A stretch of 64,000 nt of DNA from an uncultured Planctomycetaceae bacterium (GTDB taxonomy: Bacteria; Planctomycetota; Planctomycetia; Pirellulales; Pirellulaceae): contig CAVWHV010000045.1 of assembly GCA_963754725.1 (NCBI GenBank), positions 26,117 through 90,116 of the forward strand, given 5' to 3'. Under the pieces are notes generated by a model. That model searched no databases, had not been told where the DNA came from, and worked only from the letters and a program-made list of their open reading frames with translations. Within the stretch, counting starts at the first letter, position 1, and the number at the start of each line of letters is the position of its first letter. The translations under genes were made by a program, and so were the position numbers. Positions 51,136-61,102 of this stretch are shown here, one piece after another.

Positions 51136-51511
51136 ACCTTGGCCTTCTGTGGTGCAATCCTGGCAACGCCCGTGGGCTGCGGCAGGTTGTCGCTGCAGCA
51201 CGGACCCCTGACATGGAACACTGCCAGGAGGGCGCGGTGAACTCCGACACGGCCTGACGGACTCGCGCCACGCACCGAAATCCTCGTCGCACCCGAGAAT
51301 TCGGCAGCCCGATCCCCCAAGCTGATCTGCGCCGTCCAGGTTTTCGCTGCAGAAGAGAAGGTCGGCGACGCCCCTGGGCCGGGGACCCAGCCCGCACTCC
51401 TTTCCTTTCCGACGACGCCGGGCGACCGATCGGCGCACCGGAGTCCTCGTCCCCCGGACGGGATACGAAGTCTACGCAAGGTGCGCTGGCAGGTTCGGCG
51501 GAATCGCGACT

Positions 51512-54500
51512 TCAGTTCGGTCCAGGCGCGTCTGGCCGTGTCAACTGTCGCCAGAAGGATGCGGGATTCTGCTCCCGCGTCTGGAAGCTGCCGCAGGTAC
51601 TCCAGATAGCTCGGCCGATGCGGGCACCGCCTCGTCCGGTCCAAACGGGTAGCTCCGCATGCCGCGGAACGGGAAGCGGATCGACCGTCTGGCCGTACAT
51701 CGTATTCAGATCGGCATCTTTGTCCCACCCGACACTGTGCAGGATGAAGTCCCGCTTCCAGCCGGCGGGAACCGGGTCGGCCGGCACTGGCGAACCGCAG
51801 GCGTGATCGCATCGCCGGCCCCCAGGACACCATCATGTCGTCCTCCTCGACCAACAATTCTCGGACACGAGCCGATATCGCGTGAATCGACCACGCATCG
51901 GCGGCCACATCGGCGAAGGATCGACGACGGAGGCGTCGTACATCTGCGGCGCGTTCTCGGCGATCGGCAAGCGCCGCGAGAAGCCGCGATAGGCCAAGTC
52001 CGCCGGAAACAAGTTCCAGCGGCAATCTGGCGGACTTCGACCGCCGGTTCGTCGACCGTGAAGAACGCTTCGTCCCAGTAGATCTCGGCCGTCGTTTGAA
52101 TCCGGACGCGATAGTCCTGGTCGAGAAACGCGTGCGACAAGTCGATCGCGATGGTCTTTGTCTTGCCGCCCGGGAAGCCCATGAACGCCACCGTTTCTTT
52201 CCATTGCCGCTCTCGTCCGGCACCCACACCGACGGCATCCGGGGTCCGTCCGTCTCGGGATCTTGCAGGAAGGCGATATTCAACGAGGTGTCGGTGGGAA
52301 GATCCAGCCGGTCAGAAACAAGTGATCACTTGCGGCTCTCCTGCCCAAATCCCAGGTCCAGCTCGAGGTAGTGCTCGGTGATCAAGCCCTGGCGGATACG
52401 TTGTTCAACGCCTTTGACAAATCGACCATCGCAGGACCGCAGCGACTCGCAGCAGGTCGGTGCCCCGCTGGTCGCTCGCGCGTGCAGCGGAAAACGCCGC
52501 TCGCGCACCGTGTGGATCTTGAATTCGGCGAGGTCGCGGCGGTCCGACCTTCTCGTTGGTGTAGATCTCCACGTCCGCCGGATGGTCGACCGCGATCAAT
52601 TGGACCTTATCGAAGTACCCGGCCTCCCAAAGTTCCTCGGTCATCTGAATCCAGTACGATCCTTCGTGGGGTGACAGTCGATCCCCGGGAATACGCAGGT
52701 ACTCCCAGGCGCGCGTCGGAGCGACACCTCCTTCCGATGTCTGACAGTCCCAGCGGTGCAGCCCACAGGCAGTCGGTGAAGAAGGAGAACTGCCCGTCGG
52801 CCAGCGTGTAGATGTAGGGACACGATCCTTTGAGCAACATACGTTCGCAGACCGCCACGTTGCCCCCGAGTTCCACGATGTCCTGAGGGCACGCCGTTGG
52901 TCCACACAATGCGGACTTGCTCGGCCACCTTCCGATCGCCCAGGCCGAAGTGGACGGTCGGAGACTCGACCACTTGCGCCTGATACCAGCCGCCGGCCCG
53001 CAGCTCGACCAGGCTGCCGATCGCGTCGTGATTGCAGCGTCCCTTGTTGTCCTCCTGACCCATCGGGTACAGCGTCAACCAGTTGTTGGAAGTGCCACCC
53101 TGGTTGATCAACAACTCGACCCGTCGGGCGTGGCCACCACCAGATCCTGATCGCCATCGCGGTCCAGGTCCGCGCAGCGTGACTGCGCGAATCGGCGACG
53201 CCAGCGGACCCTCGACAATTTCCGCTGCCTGGAACTTGCCTTGCGGACCGCCCCGGAACGTGTTCAGCCCCGTGCTGCCCCAGGCCGCCACGTCGCGGAA
53301 ACCGTCGTTGTCGAAGTCCCACACCAGCGCACCGGACTGCAGCCTGCTCCCCGACCTGCTCGGTGCGGACGAAGTTCACGATGCCCGAGCGCGGCGTGGC
53401 GGTGAACGTCACCTGGACGCCGCGCTCACCGGCCGACACAAGATCCCAGGAGACGTTTCCGTCCGCCTCCACCAAGGGCCAGCGCGAGAGGCTTGCCGAG
53501 CGTCTGATAGTCGGCGGCAAACGGAACCCAGCGAAATTCGGCGTGACGCTGGTTCTCCAGTAATCCCACCACTCTTCCCGTGGGTTCGGCCATGACCATG
53601 TCGATGTCCACATCGCGATCCCAGTCGACGGCGACCATCGTCGTCACCGCAACGTCTGCCGGAGGCAACACCGAGTGGGAGCTGATGTCGGAGTATTGAA
53701 GCTTCGCTCCGGCTTCCCAGATGCTCAGACCCTGCTGCCGCGGAGATCACGAGATCCAGATCGGCGTCGTGATCCACGTCGACGAGCAGGCCGGCGGTGA
53801 CCCCGGTCAACTGCCGCAGCCCGTCGTTGGGCATCACCACCAACTTGGGCTGCCCCGCTTCCGCTTCCGTGTCATTGCGAATGACCAGCACACCGGATTC
53901 GCCATACACGATGATGTCCGGATCGGCATCGTGGCAGGTGGCCGTCTCCGAGAGAACGCGATCGAACTGAGCCTCCGAAGCACCGGCTTCGGCGGACGGC
54001 GCCGGGGCCGACGGAGCTTTACGACGATCCCGATCCAGGTCCGCGGCCAAGATCCGCTGCATGCCGGCCGGCACGTCAAGGGCCGCGATTTCCGACCACG
54101 GCTCGCCCCGTTTCACCTGGCCAAATATCGTCAACTTACCCGGCTGCAGCACGATCACGTCGGGCAGACCGTTCAAGTCGGCGTCGACGGCCCACAGGTC
54201 TTTCACGTCGGCCAAAGGAGGCAAGCCGCCATCGGCAATCGTCATTCGCACCGGAGTCTTGGCCGTCCAGACCGGCACGGGCAGCACGTTTGCGCGCAAC
54301 TCGGAGCTGAAATCGTACAGCATGAATTCGAGAGGATGAACGTCCACACGGGTCATGTCGCTCTTGGCAATCTCTTCGGGCCTTACCACGTTTTGGACCA
54401 CGCGCACTTTCTTTTCCACCGTCAACCAGTCGCCGGACCTGGTGGCAGCCGTCGCCTCCGTGAGAAACTTCCCAATGTCCACGCCCGGCCGTTTGATCGC

Positions 54501-55320
54501 CGCCACGAGCGGTGCCACCACCGTTTGAGCAGCGGTCAGCGTCTGCTCGATGGTCGGGTCCTTCGCTTTGGCCTGCATCAGCAGCCACTCGGTCAGCAAA
54601 TAGATGTTGCGCGGATTGGCGGCATAGGCCTTGCCGAGGGCGGTCACGGCTAATTCGGAAGGTGCCGCGTCGCCCGGCTTGGTGGCGGCACGCGACAGCG
54701 CAAACCAAAACACCGCGTTGTCCGGTTCGAGTTCCGTCGCACGCTGGAGCAGTGCGACCGCTTGCTGACGTGACTCGTCACTTACACCGGCCGGATTCGC
54801 CGCGTCGGGGTGCATTTCCATCATGGCCGCGATCCAGTGCGCGGCGCCCGACCGCGGGTCGAAATCGAGTAGCCGTTGAGCGGCGGAACGGGCCTGCTCA
54901 CGCCGCGCAGCCAGATCGCTCTGCGCATTCTGAAGCAGCAGCAACTGGGTGATGGCCAAGTCCTGCAACGGCAAACGCTCCTGGGGAAGTTTCTGCGCCA
55001 GAGTCGCGAACCCATCGACAGCCATGTCCAATCCGGAAACGTTCTGGCCGCTGACCTGGACCTTGGCTGGACCGTTCTCCAAATACCCGATCGAGACGTC
55101 CTTCAGCTCGACGAGCTGCCGCACTTCATCGACCGACAACGGGGAGGTTGTGGTCACGGGCGTTCCGGCCCGCCCATCGGTCGCTCCCGGCTGGTCCACG
55201 CCTCGGTTCCGGTACGCCACGTACCCCGAAACCGCGCCGACCGCCACCATCAGGACAAACAACCCCACGCGATACTTGTTGGCAGAACTACTGGACGTGA
55301 CGTCGTTCATAGGACCCAGC
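51512..55320 (-). pseudogene. Giant (~1270 aa) membrane-anchored FG-GAP/VCBS plus ASPIC/UnbV protein; N-terminal 1.6 kb intact, the remainder frameshifted
   Basis: ATG 55320 (MNDVTSSSSANKYRVGLFVLMVAVGAVSG). ORF 53409..55391 is clean down to DVDHDADLDLVISAAAG. The gene then continues through fragments 53426..53671, 52405..53613, 52641..53324 (LINQGGTSNNWLTLYPMGQ...HFGLGDRKVAEQVRIVWTNG), 52607..52909, 52326..52508, 51057..52283 and 51512..51787 (HSVGWDKDADLNTMYGQTVDPLP). Confidence 0.65.
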
Positions 55321-55841
55321 CGATTTTTGCTTGACAAGGATTTCCATCGAGAGACACGCCACCGATCGGACCATGGGCGGCAGGCCATCACGTCCCACGG
55401 TTCTCATGGTACGCAACGCCACCGCGCATTGTGCGGCGAGCCCCGCCACCACTCTGGGAACCGATTGTTCGCTCTGCCCCTGGAAATGCAACCCCCGGCA
55501 CCCGTCCCGGCCGACCTGCCAGACGGCCAGATACCTCCGTCGAGGGATCGGCGAGTTGCGAGGGGTGGGTGGAGGCCAGGTTGCATGTCGCTTCTTGGGT
55601 AGCCGCTCCGAACAGGCGGCTGTCGGTCGCGCGTCGCTGCGGGGCTCGGGTCTGGCAAACCGTAACGATCAGCGATGATGTTCGGATCAGCGAAGTCCGA
55701 GCGGCCGTCGACGGACAATTGTTGAAGGTTCGTAAACCAGGTCGATAGAGACAATGGATTTCCCGGCACATCATGAGGAACTTCGAGGTGGCCGACCGAT
55801 CGAGGCAAAACGTTCGGCAGACTTCGCGGTGGAGAAAGCCC

Positions 55842-55979
55842 ATGTCACAGCCCATGGAGAAAACCGCCCCCTCTCGGGACACCGACCAGTCGTCGCGGGC
55901 CGAAGAGAACGCCATTCGCGCGCGGCTGCTGCAGATGATTGTACAGAACGAAGAAGCCCGAAAGTCCCAATCGCAATGA
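55842..55979 (+). CDS. Possible small protein (45 aa)
   Basis: MSQPMEKTAPSRDTDQSSRAEENAIRARLLQMIVQNEEARKSQSQ, with GGAG 7 nt upstream and GC3 of about 73%. No homology recognised. Confidence 0.3.
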   Translation: MSQPMEKTAPSRDTDQSSRAEENAIRARLLQMIVQNEEARKSQSQ

Positions 55980-56113
55980 CACCGATCGCGTGTGGATCAC
56001 GCTGGCAGTGCGCCTCCACCGCACGACGTCGTCCGCAGCGCAATCCGGCCGCATATCCTGCTGCGTCCGCGGGGAACCGCTGCCGACCCTCGCCCGGTAA
56101 TCGCACCACCGCA

Positions 56114-57133
56114 ATGCCAGGGGTCGGCTCGTGCGCCACCCGGTCGCTGGCGCGGTTTCTCCTGACTGTGATCATCCTGTGTCCCACGGGCACGGCCTGC
56201 GGGAAATGGCCGTGGGAGCGACCGGAGGCGCCACCCGAGACACCCCATCCGGCAGTGGTCCGTGTGCTGGCTGAAGAGTCCGACGGGATGGCTCAAGGTT
56301 CGGGGACTCTGGTGGATGTGCGCGATCAGTTCGGGCTGGTCGTTACGAACTGGCATGTGGTGCGTGGCGCGTTGGGGACGGTGAATGTGATCTTCCCCGA
56401 CGGGTTTCGATCGGCCGCCCGGGTCTTGCATGTGGATCGCGACTGGGATCTGGCGGCGCTATTGATCTGGCGGCCGCGCGTGGCGCCGGTCCCCTTGGCT
56501 GTCGATGCGCCACGGCCCGGCGATCCCCTGACAATCGCCGGCTACGGCTCCGGCATCTACCGGACCGCCCCCGGAAAATGCACGCAGTATCTGGCGCCCG
56601 GCACCGACCGTCCGTTCGAGATGGTCGAGGTCTCCACGTCGGCCCGGCAGGGCGACTCGGGCGGCCCGATTTTCAACATGCGTGGGGAGTTGGCCGGGGT
56701 GCTGTTCGGCTCCGATGGTGGCAGCACGTCGGGAAGTTATGCCGGGCGCGTTCGAGAGTTCTTACAGGCCTCCTGGTCATCTCGTGAACCCGCTGAAGCA
56801 GCCGGCCCGCGGGTCGCAGCGAACCCCCAGCGTGGCGGCGACCGGCAACTGCAACGACTTCCGGAAGTGGCCACGTCCGACCGACCTGCCGAACCGCAGG
56901 CCTTGTCGCCGTTGCCACGCATCGGAGCGGCAGACCGGCTCGATCCAGAACGCACGCTATTTCCGACACGCGCGGATTCGGGCACCGACTTGGCGCCCGT
57001 GGCGTCGTCCGCGGTCTCGTGGGAAGACTTTGCGGGCAAGAACACCTATCAACAGATCAAGACGGTGCTGGCCATCATCGGCCTGGCGGCAGTCTTCCTG
57101 CAGCTCACGAAGTTCATGCAGCCGAAGTCGTAA
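56114..57133 (+). CDS. Trypsin-like (S1/PA clan) serine protease with C-terminal TM anchor
   Basis: Signal or lipoprotein-like N-terminus (LLTVIILCPTGTACG). The catalytic triad contexts are TNWHVV, DWDLAALL and RQGDSGGPIF. The C-terminal helix is IKTVLAIIGLAAVFLQL. Confidence 0.8.
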   Translation: MPGVGSCATRSLARFLLTVIILCPTGTACGKWPWERPEAPPETPHPAVVRVLAEESDGMAQGSGTLVDVRDQFGLVVTNWHVVRGALGTVNVIFPDGFRSAARVLHVDRDWDLAALLIWRPRVAPVPLAVDAPRPGDPLTIAGYGSGIYRTAPGKCTQYLAPGTDRPFEMVEVSTSARQGDSGGPIFNMRGELAGVLFGSDGGSTSGSYAGRVREFLQASWSSREPAEAAGPRVAANPQRGGDRQLQRLPEVATSDRPAEPQALSPLPRIGAADRLDPERTLFPTRADSGTDLAPVASSAVSWEDFAGKNTYQQIKTVLAIIGLAAVFLQLTKFMQPKS

Positions 57134-57487
57134 GGCGGCCAGCTTCACGACGTGCAAGCGTGGTGGGCCAAGACTCGAAAGTTCGGACAGTCTGACTTGC
57201 GCATTGTCCGCCAGAACTGCCGTTCGGTTGACCAACACCGCATTTTCCGCACTCGGCCGCCTGAAGGGGGGGATTTGTCTCCGTGCGGGAGCGGGCCAGC
57301 GAGCGGGTCGCAGCCCGTCAACGATCGGGTCCCGATCGAGGGTGGAGGGACGATCGTCGCGGCTTAGCCGGGGGCACCGCCATTTCGCCGGCTGGCCCAC
57401 GAACTGTCCGACCTGTCGTGTGGTCGTCTTTTCGCGATCTCCCGCCCGGCTCGGCACGTTGGTGCGCGAATCGTGTCGGCCAAATGC

Positions 57488-57517
57488 TCGACAATCTCGG
57501 GCCTGTATATGTATGAT
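57488..57517 (+). promoter_or_regulatory. Candidate sigma-70-type promoter for the small-gene pair
   Basis: TCGACA, an 18-nt spacer, then TATGAT, about 40 nt upstream of the GGAAGGAG RBS. Sequence match only. Confidence 0.35.
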
Positions 57518-57559
57518 GTGAGGGAGAGACGCAGGTGTTCGTGGAAGGAGAGTCTGGCA

Positions 57560-57792
57560 ATGGCAAAAGGGTCCGACACCCAAATCGGGCGCGCGGATAG
57601 TGACACAATGTGCCTGGGGGTTTCGCCAGGGCAGCGCGTGCGTATTTCTGCCGGCCTGATGGAAGGCTCAGAGGCAACCGTGATCCAGCCGCGGACGCAG
57701 GGCGCGTCCTGGTACGGTTGCAGCATGGGGTGTACGTCGAGATTTATCAGTACTGCCTGGAGAAGATCAAGAGGATCCGTAAGAAGCAATGA
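57560..57792 (+). pseudogene. Small KOW-motif-like protein (~77 aa), single 1-nt frameshift near 57700
   Basis: GGAAGGAG RBS, ATG at 57560. Reads MAKGSDTQ...GQRVRISAGLMEGSEATVIQPRTQG, then after the shift RVLVRLQHGVYVEIYQYCLEKIKRIRKKQ. The 233-nt span is not a multiple of three. Confidence 0.5.
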
Positions 57793-58094
57793 TCAGAAAC
57801 AGACAACATGACGTTGTGCCATCCGCGCCCGATCGACGGGGCGAAAAACGCGCTGGCCTGTCCGAGTTCGACGGGCAGAAGATGGCGGTGGTTATGACCC
57901 GTGGTACGCGCCGCGTCGTCATGTGCGGGACCGCCGCATTTGTGCGCGACGACACTGTGGGCAACACCCTGAATATTCGTCTGGAGGATTGCGAGCCGGG
58001 CCATCCGGTGCTCGTCATCTCGGAGAACGAATGGGACGGTCGGATCGTGCCCGATTTTCACTTCGGGTGCGACTTTTGCCTGATTGTGGGTTGA
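57789..58094 (+). CDS. Hypothetical protein (101 aa), start overlaps the upstream stop (ATGA)
   Basis: Intact ORF. Its ATG (57789) overlaps the TGA of the preceding gene (57790..57792). No family recognised. Confidence 0.5.
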   Translation: MIRNRQHDVVPSAPDRRGEKRAGLSEFDGQKMAVVMTRGTRRVVMCGTAAFVRDDTVGNTLNIRLEDCEPGHPVLVISENEWDGRIVPDFHFGCDFCLIVG

Positions 58095-58184
58095 GCGCCG
58101 CGTTCGGAGAGATCCTCACGGATCGGGGTCGCGGAATCCTCAGGCAGTCTCAGTGCGAGGAAGGCGGGTTGCAAGGCGGGCAGC

Positions 58185-58427
58185 TTACGACGCTTTCAGA
58201 AACAGGGCACTGCGCACACCTCGCCGCAGGCTCCCAAACATCCGTCCCGCTCGCGACCGGAACGACACCACGTGCGGTTTGTTGATGGCCGGTGAGAATG
58301 ACACGTATTCCGACCAGATACACTCGCCGTTGATCTTGTAAATGAGCTTCTTGCCAAACGGTGTCGATGCCAGTGATTTGGTGACCACGGTACCGCTCCT
58401 GATTCGTCGCGACTCGACCTCCTCCAA
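58185..58427 (-). CDS. Hypothetical small protein (67-80 aa)
   Basis: This is the frame with the highest GC3 (~72%): ...VTKSLASTPFGKKLIYKINGECIWSEYVSFSPAINKPHVVSF.... An internal GTG preceded by AGGAG is an alternative start. Two other overlapping frames are listed in the track. Confidence 0.35.
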   Translation of the reverse strand: MEEVESRRIRSGTVVTKSLASTPFGKKLIYKINGECIWSEYVSFSPAINKPHVVSFRSRAGRMFGSLRRGVRSALFLKAS

Positions 58428-58617
58428 TCGATAAGTGCATCCTGCTGACAGTAGATCTCCGTAGTATCACTAATCATCGACGGTCCTCCGTCAGCGGATC
58501 AATTTTCCAGCGCGTTGCCGATTGGGACTTCCAGGAAAACCTGGACGCGTGGTCCGGTTGCGCGGATGCGCACCGCGCCCAGCAGGAACGAACGGGCAGG
58601 CGGGCGGGCAGGCCGCA

Positions 58618-59298
58618 TCAGGCGCACCGCTTGTTGAGCACCTGGCTGGCCTCGGTCAACTCGGGATCCAGCTTGGCGATGGCCCGGCAGATGAAGGCGA
58701 GGTGTCGCTTCTCCGCCTCGCCAAACAGGGTCAGTCTCCGCACGAAATCGGACTCCGTCGCCGCCACAATGCTGCTGAAAACATCGTTGATCTCCGACGA
58801 CTCGATATCAATGACGAGCCTCAATGCGGGACGCAGCGCGTGGATATCGTCGAGCGATGCTTCGGCGTCTTCCATGTGTTGCTCGAGATTCGGCACGACG
58901 TTGCGCCACGGGTCAACCTGCTTTTCGTTCCACCGTTGCTGTGCCGCCGCAGCTCGACACAACTCCAGCAGTTCCGCATGGCACTCTTCCTGGCCGGACA
59001 ACGTTGCAAAGAACTCATGCTCGGCAGGTGCGGCGGCAAAACGCCGCGCCAGCGCGGCGTAAATGCGGCTCGCTTTCAGTTCGAGTTCGACGCAACGCGC
59101 CACAAACTCGACCACATTCTCGGCCGCCGGCTTCAGCACCTCCGCCTCCGCCAGCACCGACAGAAACGTCTTGTCGCGCCCGGCGAAAATCGCGCGCAGA
59201 AACACGCGCCAGCCAAAACAGCGAATCGTCACGAAGGGATGAGCCAAGATATCCCGCTTGTCGATCGCGCCCACCATGCCCGTGCTCCTCACACTCAT
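58618..59298 (-). CDS. Ferritin-like / rubrerythrin-like four-helix-bundle protein (tentative)
   Basis: Intact 226 aa. It has helical repeats with E...EECH-type spacing (ELELKASRIYAALARRF, LSGQEECHAELLEL, DIESSEINDVF, EAEKRHLAFI). Confidence 0.55.
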   Translation of the reverse strand: MSVRSTGMVGAIDKRDILAHPFVTIRCFGWRVFLRAIFAGRDKTFLSVLAEAEVLKPAAENVVEFVARCVELELKASRIYAALARRFAAAPAEHEFFATLSGQEECHAELLELCRAAAAQQRWNEKQVDPWRNVVPNLEQHMEDAEASLDDIHALRPALRLVIDIESSEINDVFSSIVAATESDFVRRLTLFGEAEKRHLAFICRAIAKLDPELTEASQVLNKRCA

Positions 59299-59638
59299 GA
59301 CACGGCACAGCTCGCGGCAACACGGCCGACGCTCAGGGCGTCACGATCCGTGCCGCCTCCTCACCCCTCTCCATCCCCGTCTTCGTCGCACCCGCTTCTC
59401 CCCCACGGCGGTTTAACCTAACGCCCCGGAGGTCGTAAGTCAACTCTGTGACAAAACAACAACTCCCGCGGGTGGGACGTCCACAACTTCCCGTCATCCG
59501 ATGCCCAACCGCCATAAGAAATGAGACAATAGTGCGGTCGTTGCGGTGGTCGCGCAGCTCTGTGCCAGACACGTGAAACGACTGCGGACAGGTTTCGTCC
59601 CGTTCGAAGCATGAGACAACTCAATCCACCACAGGGAG

Positions 59639-60611
59639 ATGACCATGGGTGTCAGCTATCCGTCGCGTCGCACGTTCCTGCAGTCGGCGGCCCTCACCAC
59701 GGCTGCGTTGGTCGGTTCTGCGGGGCCACAGCCAGTGCGCAGCCAGACTCCTTCCAAGACTTCACGCCCGCTGCGGTTGGGTGCGCCGGTCTTCGACGCT
59801 CCGCCGGACCCGGAGCCCTTGGCGCTGGCCCATCGAAAGCTGGGCATGCGGGCCGCCTATTGTCCGGCCGTCGAGCTGGGCGACAAGCAGCGGATCGCCG
59901 ACATCGCCGCCGCTTTTGCCAAGCACGATGTGGTCATCGCCGAAGTCGGCCGCTGGAAAAACCTGTTGGCAACAGACCCGGCGGAACGCCAGCAGAACTT
60001 GCAGTTTGTCAGCGAAGGTTTGGCGCTGGCGGATGAAATCGGGGCCCTGTGTTGCGTGGACATCGCCGGATCGTACTCCCCTGAATCCTGGTTCGGCCCC
60101 CATCCGCGAAACTTGTCCCGCGACTTCTTCGACGCCGCCATCGAAAACGCACGCAAGATCATTGATGCGGTGAAACCCCAACGCGCGAAATTCGGATTCG
60201 AGATGATGGGTTGGTGCCGTGCCCGACAGCGCTGATAGCTGCCTGCAGATGATCAAGGCGGTCGACCGACCTGCCTTCGCCGTGCATCTGGATCCGTGCA
60301 ACCTGATCAACAGCCCCGCACGGTACTACAACACGACCGATCTGCTGAACGACTGCTTTGACAAGCTTGGTCCCTGGATCGTCAGTTGCCACGCCAAGGA
60401 CGTGTCGTGGAGTGTCGAGATGCAGATGCACTTTACGGAAGTGCCGATCGGCGCCGGCACACTCGACTACCGTACGTACCTGAAACGGCTCGCAGCGCTG
60501 GACAAGGACGTCCCGCTCATGATCGAACATATGCAGAACGCTGCCGAGTACGACCGCTCGCGCCAGTGCGTTTTCGCGGTTGGCAAGGAACTGGGATTGG
60601 CATTCGAGTAG
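59639..60611 (+). pseudogene. Sugar phosphate isomerase/epimerase (xylose-isomerase-like TIM barrel) with TAT signal, one frameshift near 60215
   Basis: SRRTFLQSAALTTAALVGSAG is a TAT signal. ORF 59639..60235 (..KFGFEMMGW) continues in ORF 60219..60611 (PDSADSCLQMIKAVDRPAFAVHLDPCN ... SCHAKD ... PLMIEH). Confidence 0.7.
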
Positions 60612-60910
60612 ACCCTGTCGAGTAGCCGATTTCCAGGCCGCCGACGGCGTGTGTTCGTGCAAGGATGGGCCCGCTCATTGGATGCCCGGTCAGCGGTGCT
60701 GCACGGCCGGCTGGGCAGCTTGATTGCCGACTGTCATCCACGGCATCGCGACCGGTATAATCCGCAGAACTGCCTCGCACTGCCTGCCTGGGCCGCCGGC
60801 AACGCTCGGAGAAAGTCCGTGGCAGGGCTGGCACATCGTGCGGCGATTGGGCCCGTGCGTGGTCGCCCGCACTCCCCCCTGTCCGGCGGCCCGGTGAAGA
60901 GCGAAATGGA

Positions 60911-60938
60911 TTGACAAATTCCTCCGCTATCGTACTAG
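60911..60938 (+). promoter_or_regulatory. Candidate sigma-70-type promoter upstream of the NRPS
   Basis: TTGACA, a 16-nt spacer, then TACTAG, about 165 nt upstream of ATG 61103. Sequence match only. Confidence 0.3.
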
Positions 60939-61102
60939 TTGGTAACAGGTAGTGCGTTTCCCAGAGTCGACGTTCTGAACCTACCCCCGGACGCCATCCC
61001 ACCCGACCTGACTTGGGTTTCCGCCAGCCAACGGGCGGTCCCACCACGGAAAGCGAATGCTGTCTCACCGCTGTGAATGATCCCGCGTTTTCGGACCCTG
61101 AC

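Noticed and set aside
53721-54653. 310-aa + ORF opposite the giant FG-GAP/ASPIC gene. The same applies to 41215..42270, 43578..44060 and 49017..49937.
   Set aside because: All are antisense to better-supported minus-strand genes and have Arg/Gly/His-heavy composition.
55392-55841. 175-aa and 134-aa minus ORFs in the 720-bp gap upstream of the serine protease
   Set aside because: No motifs, mixed codon bias and no RBS. The gap may hold a decayed gene or a long leader, but nothing can be supported from the sequence.
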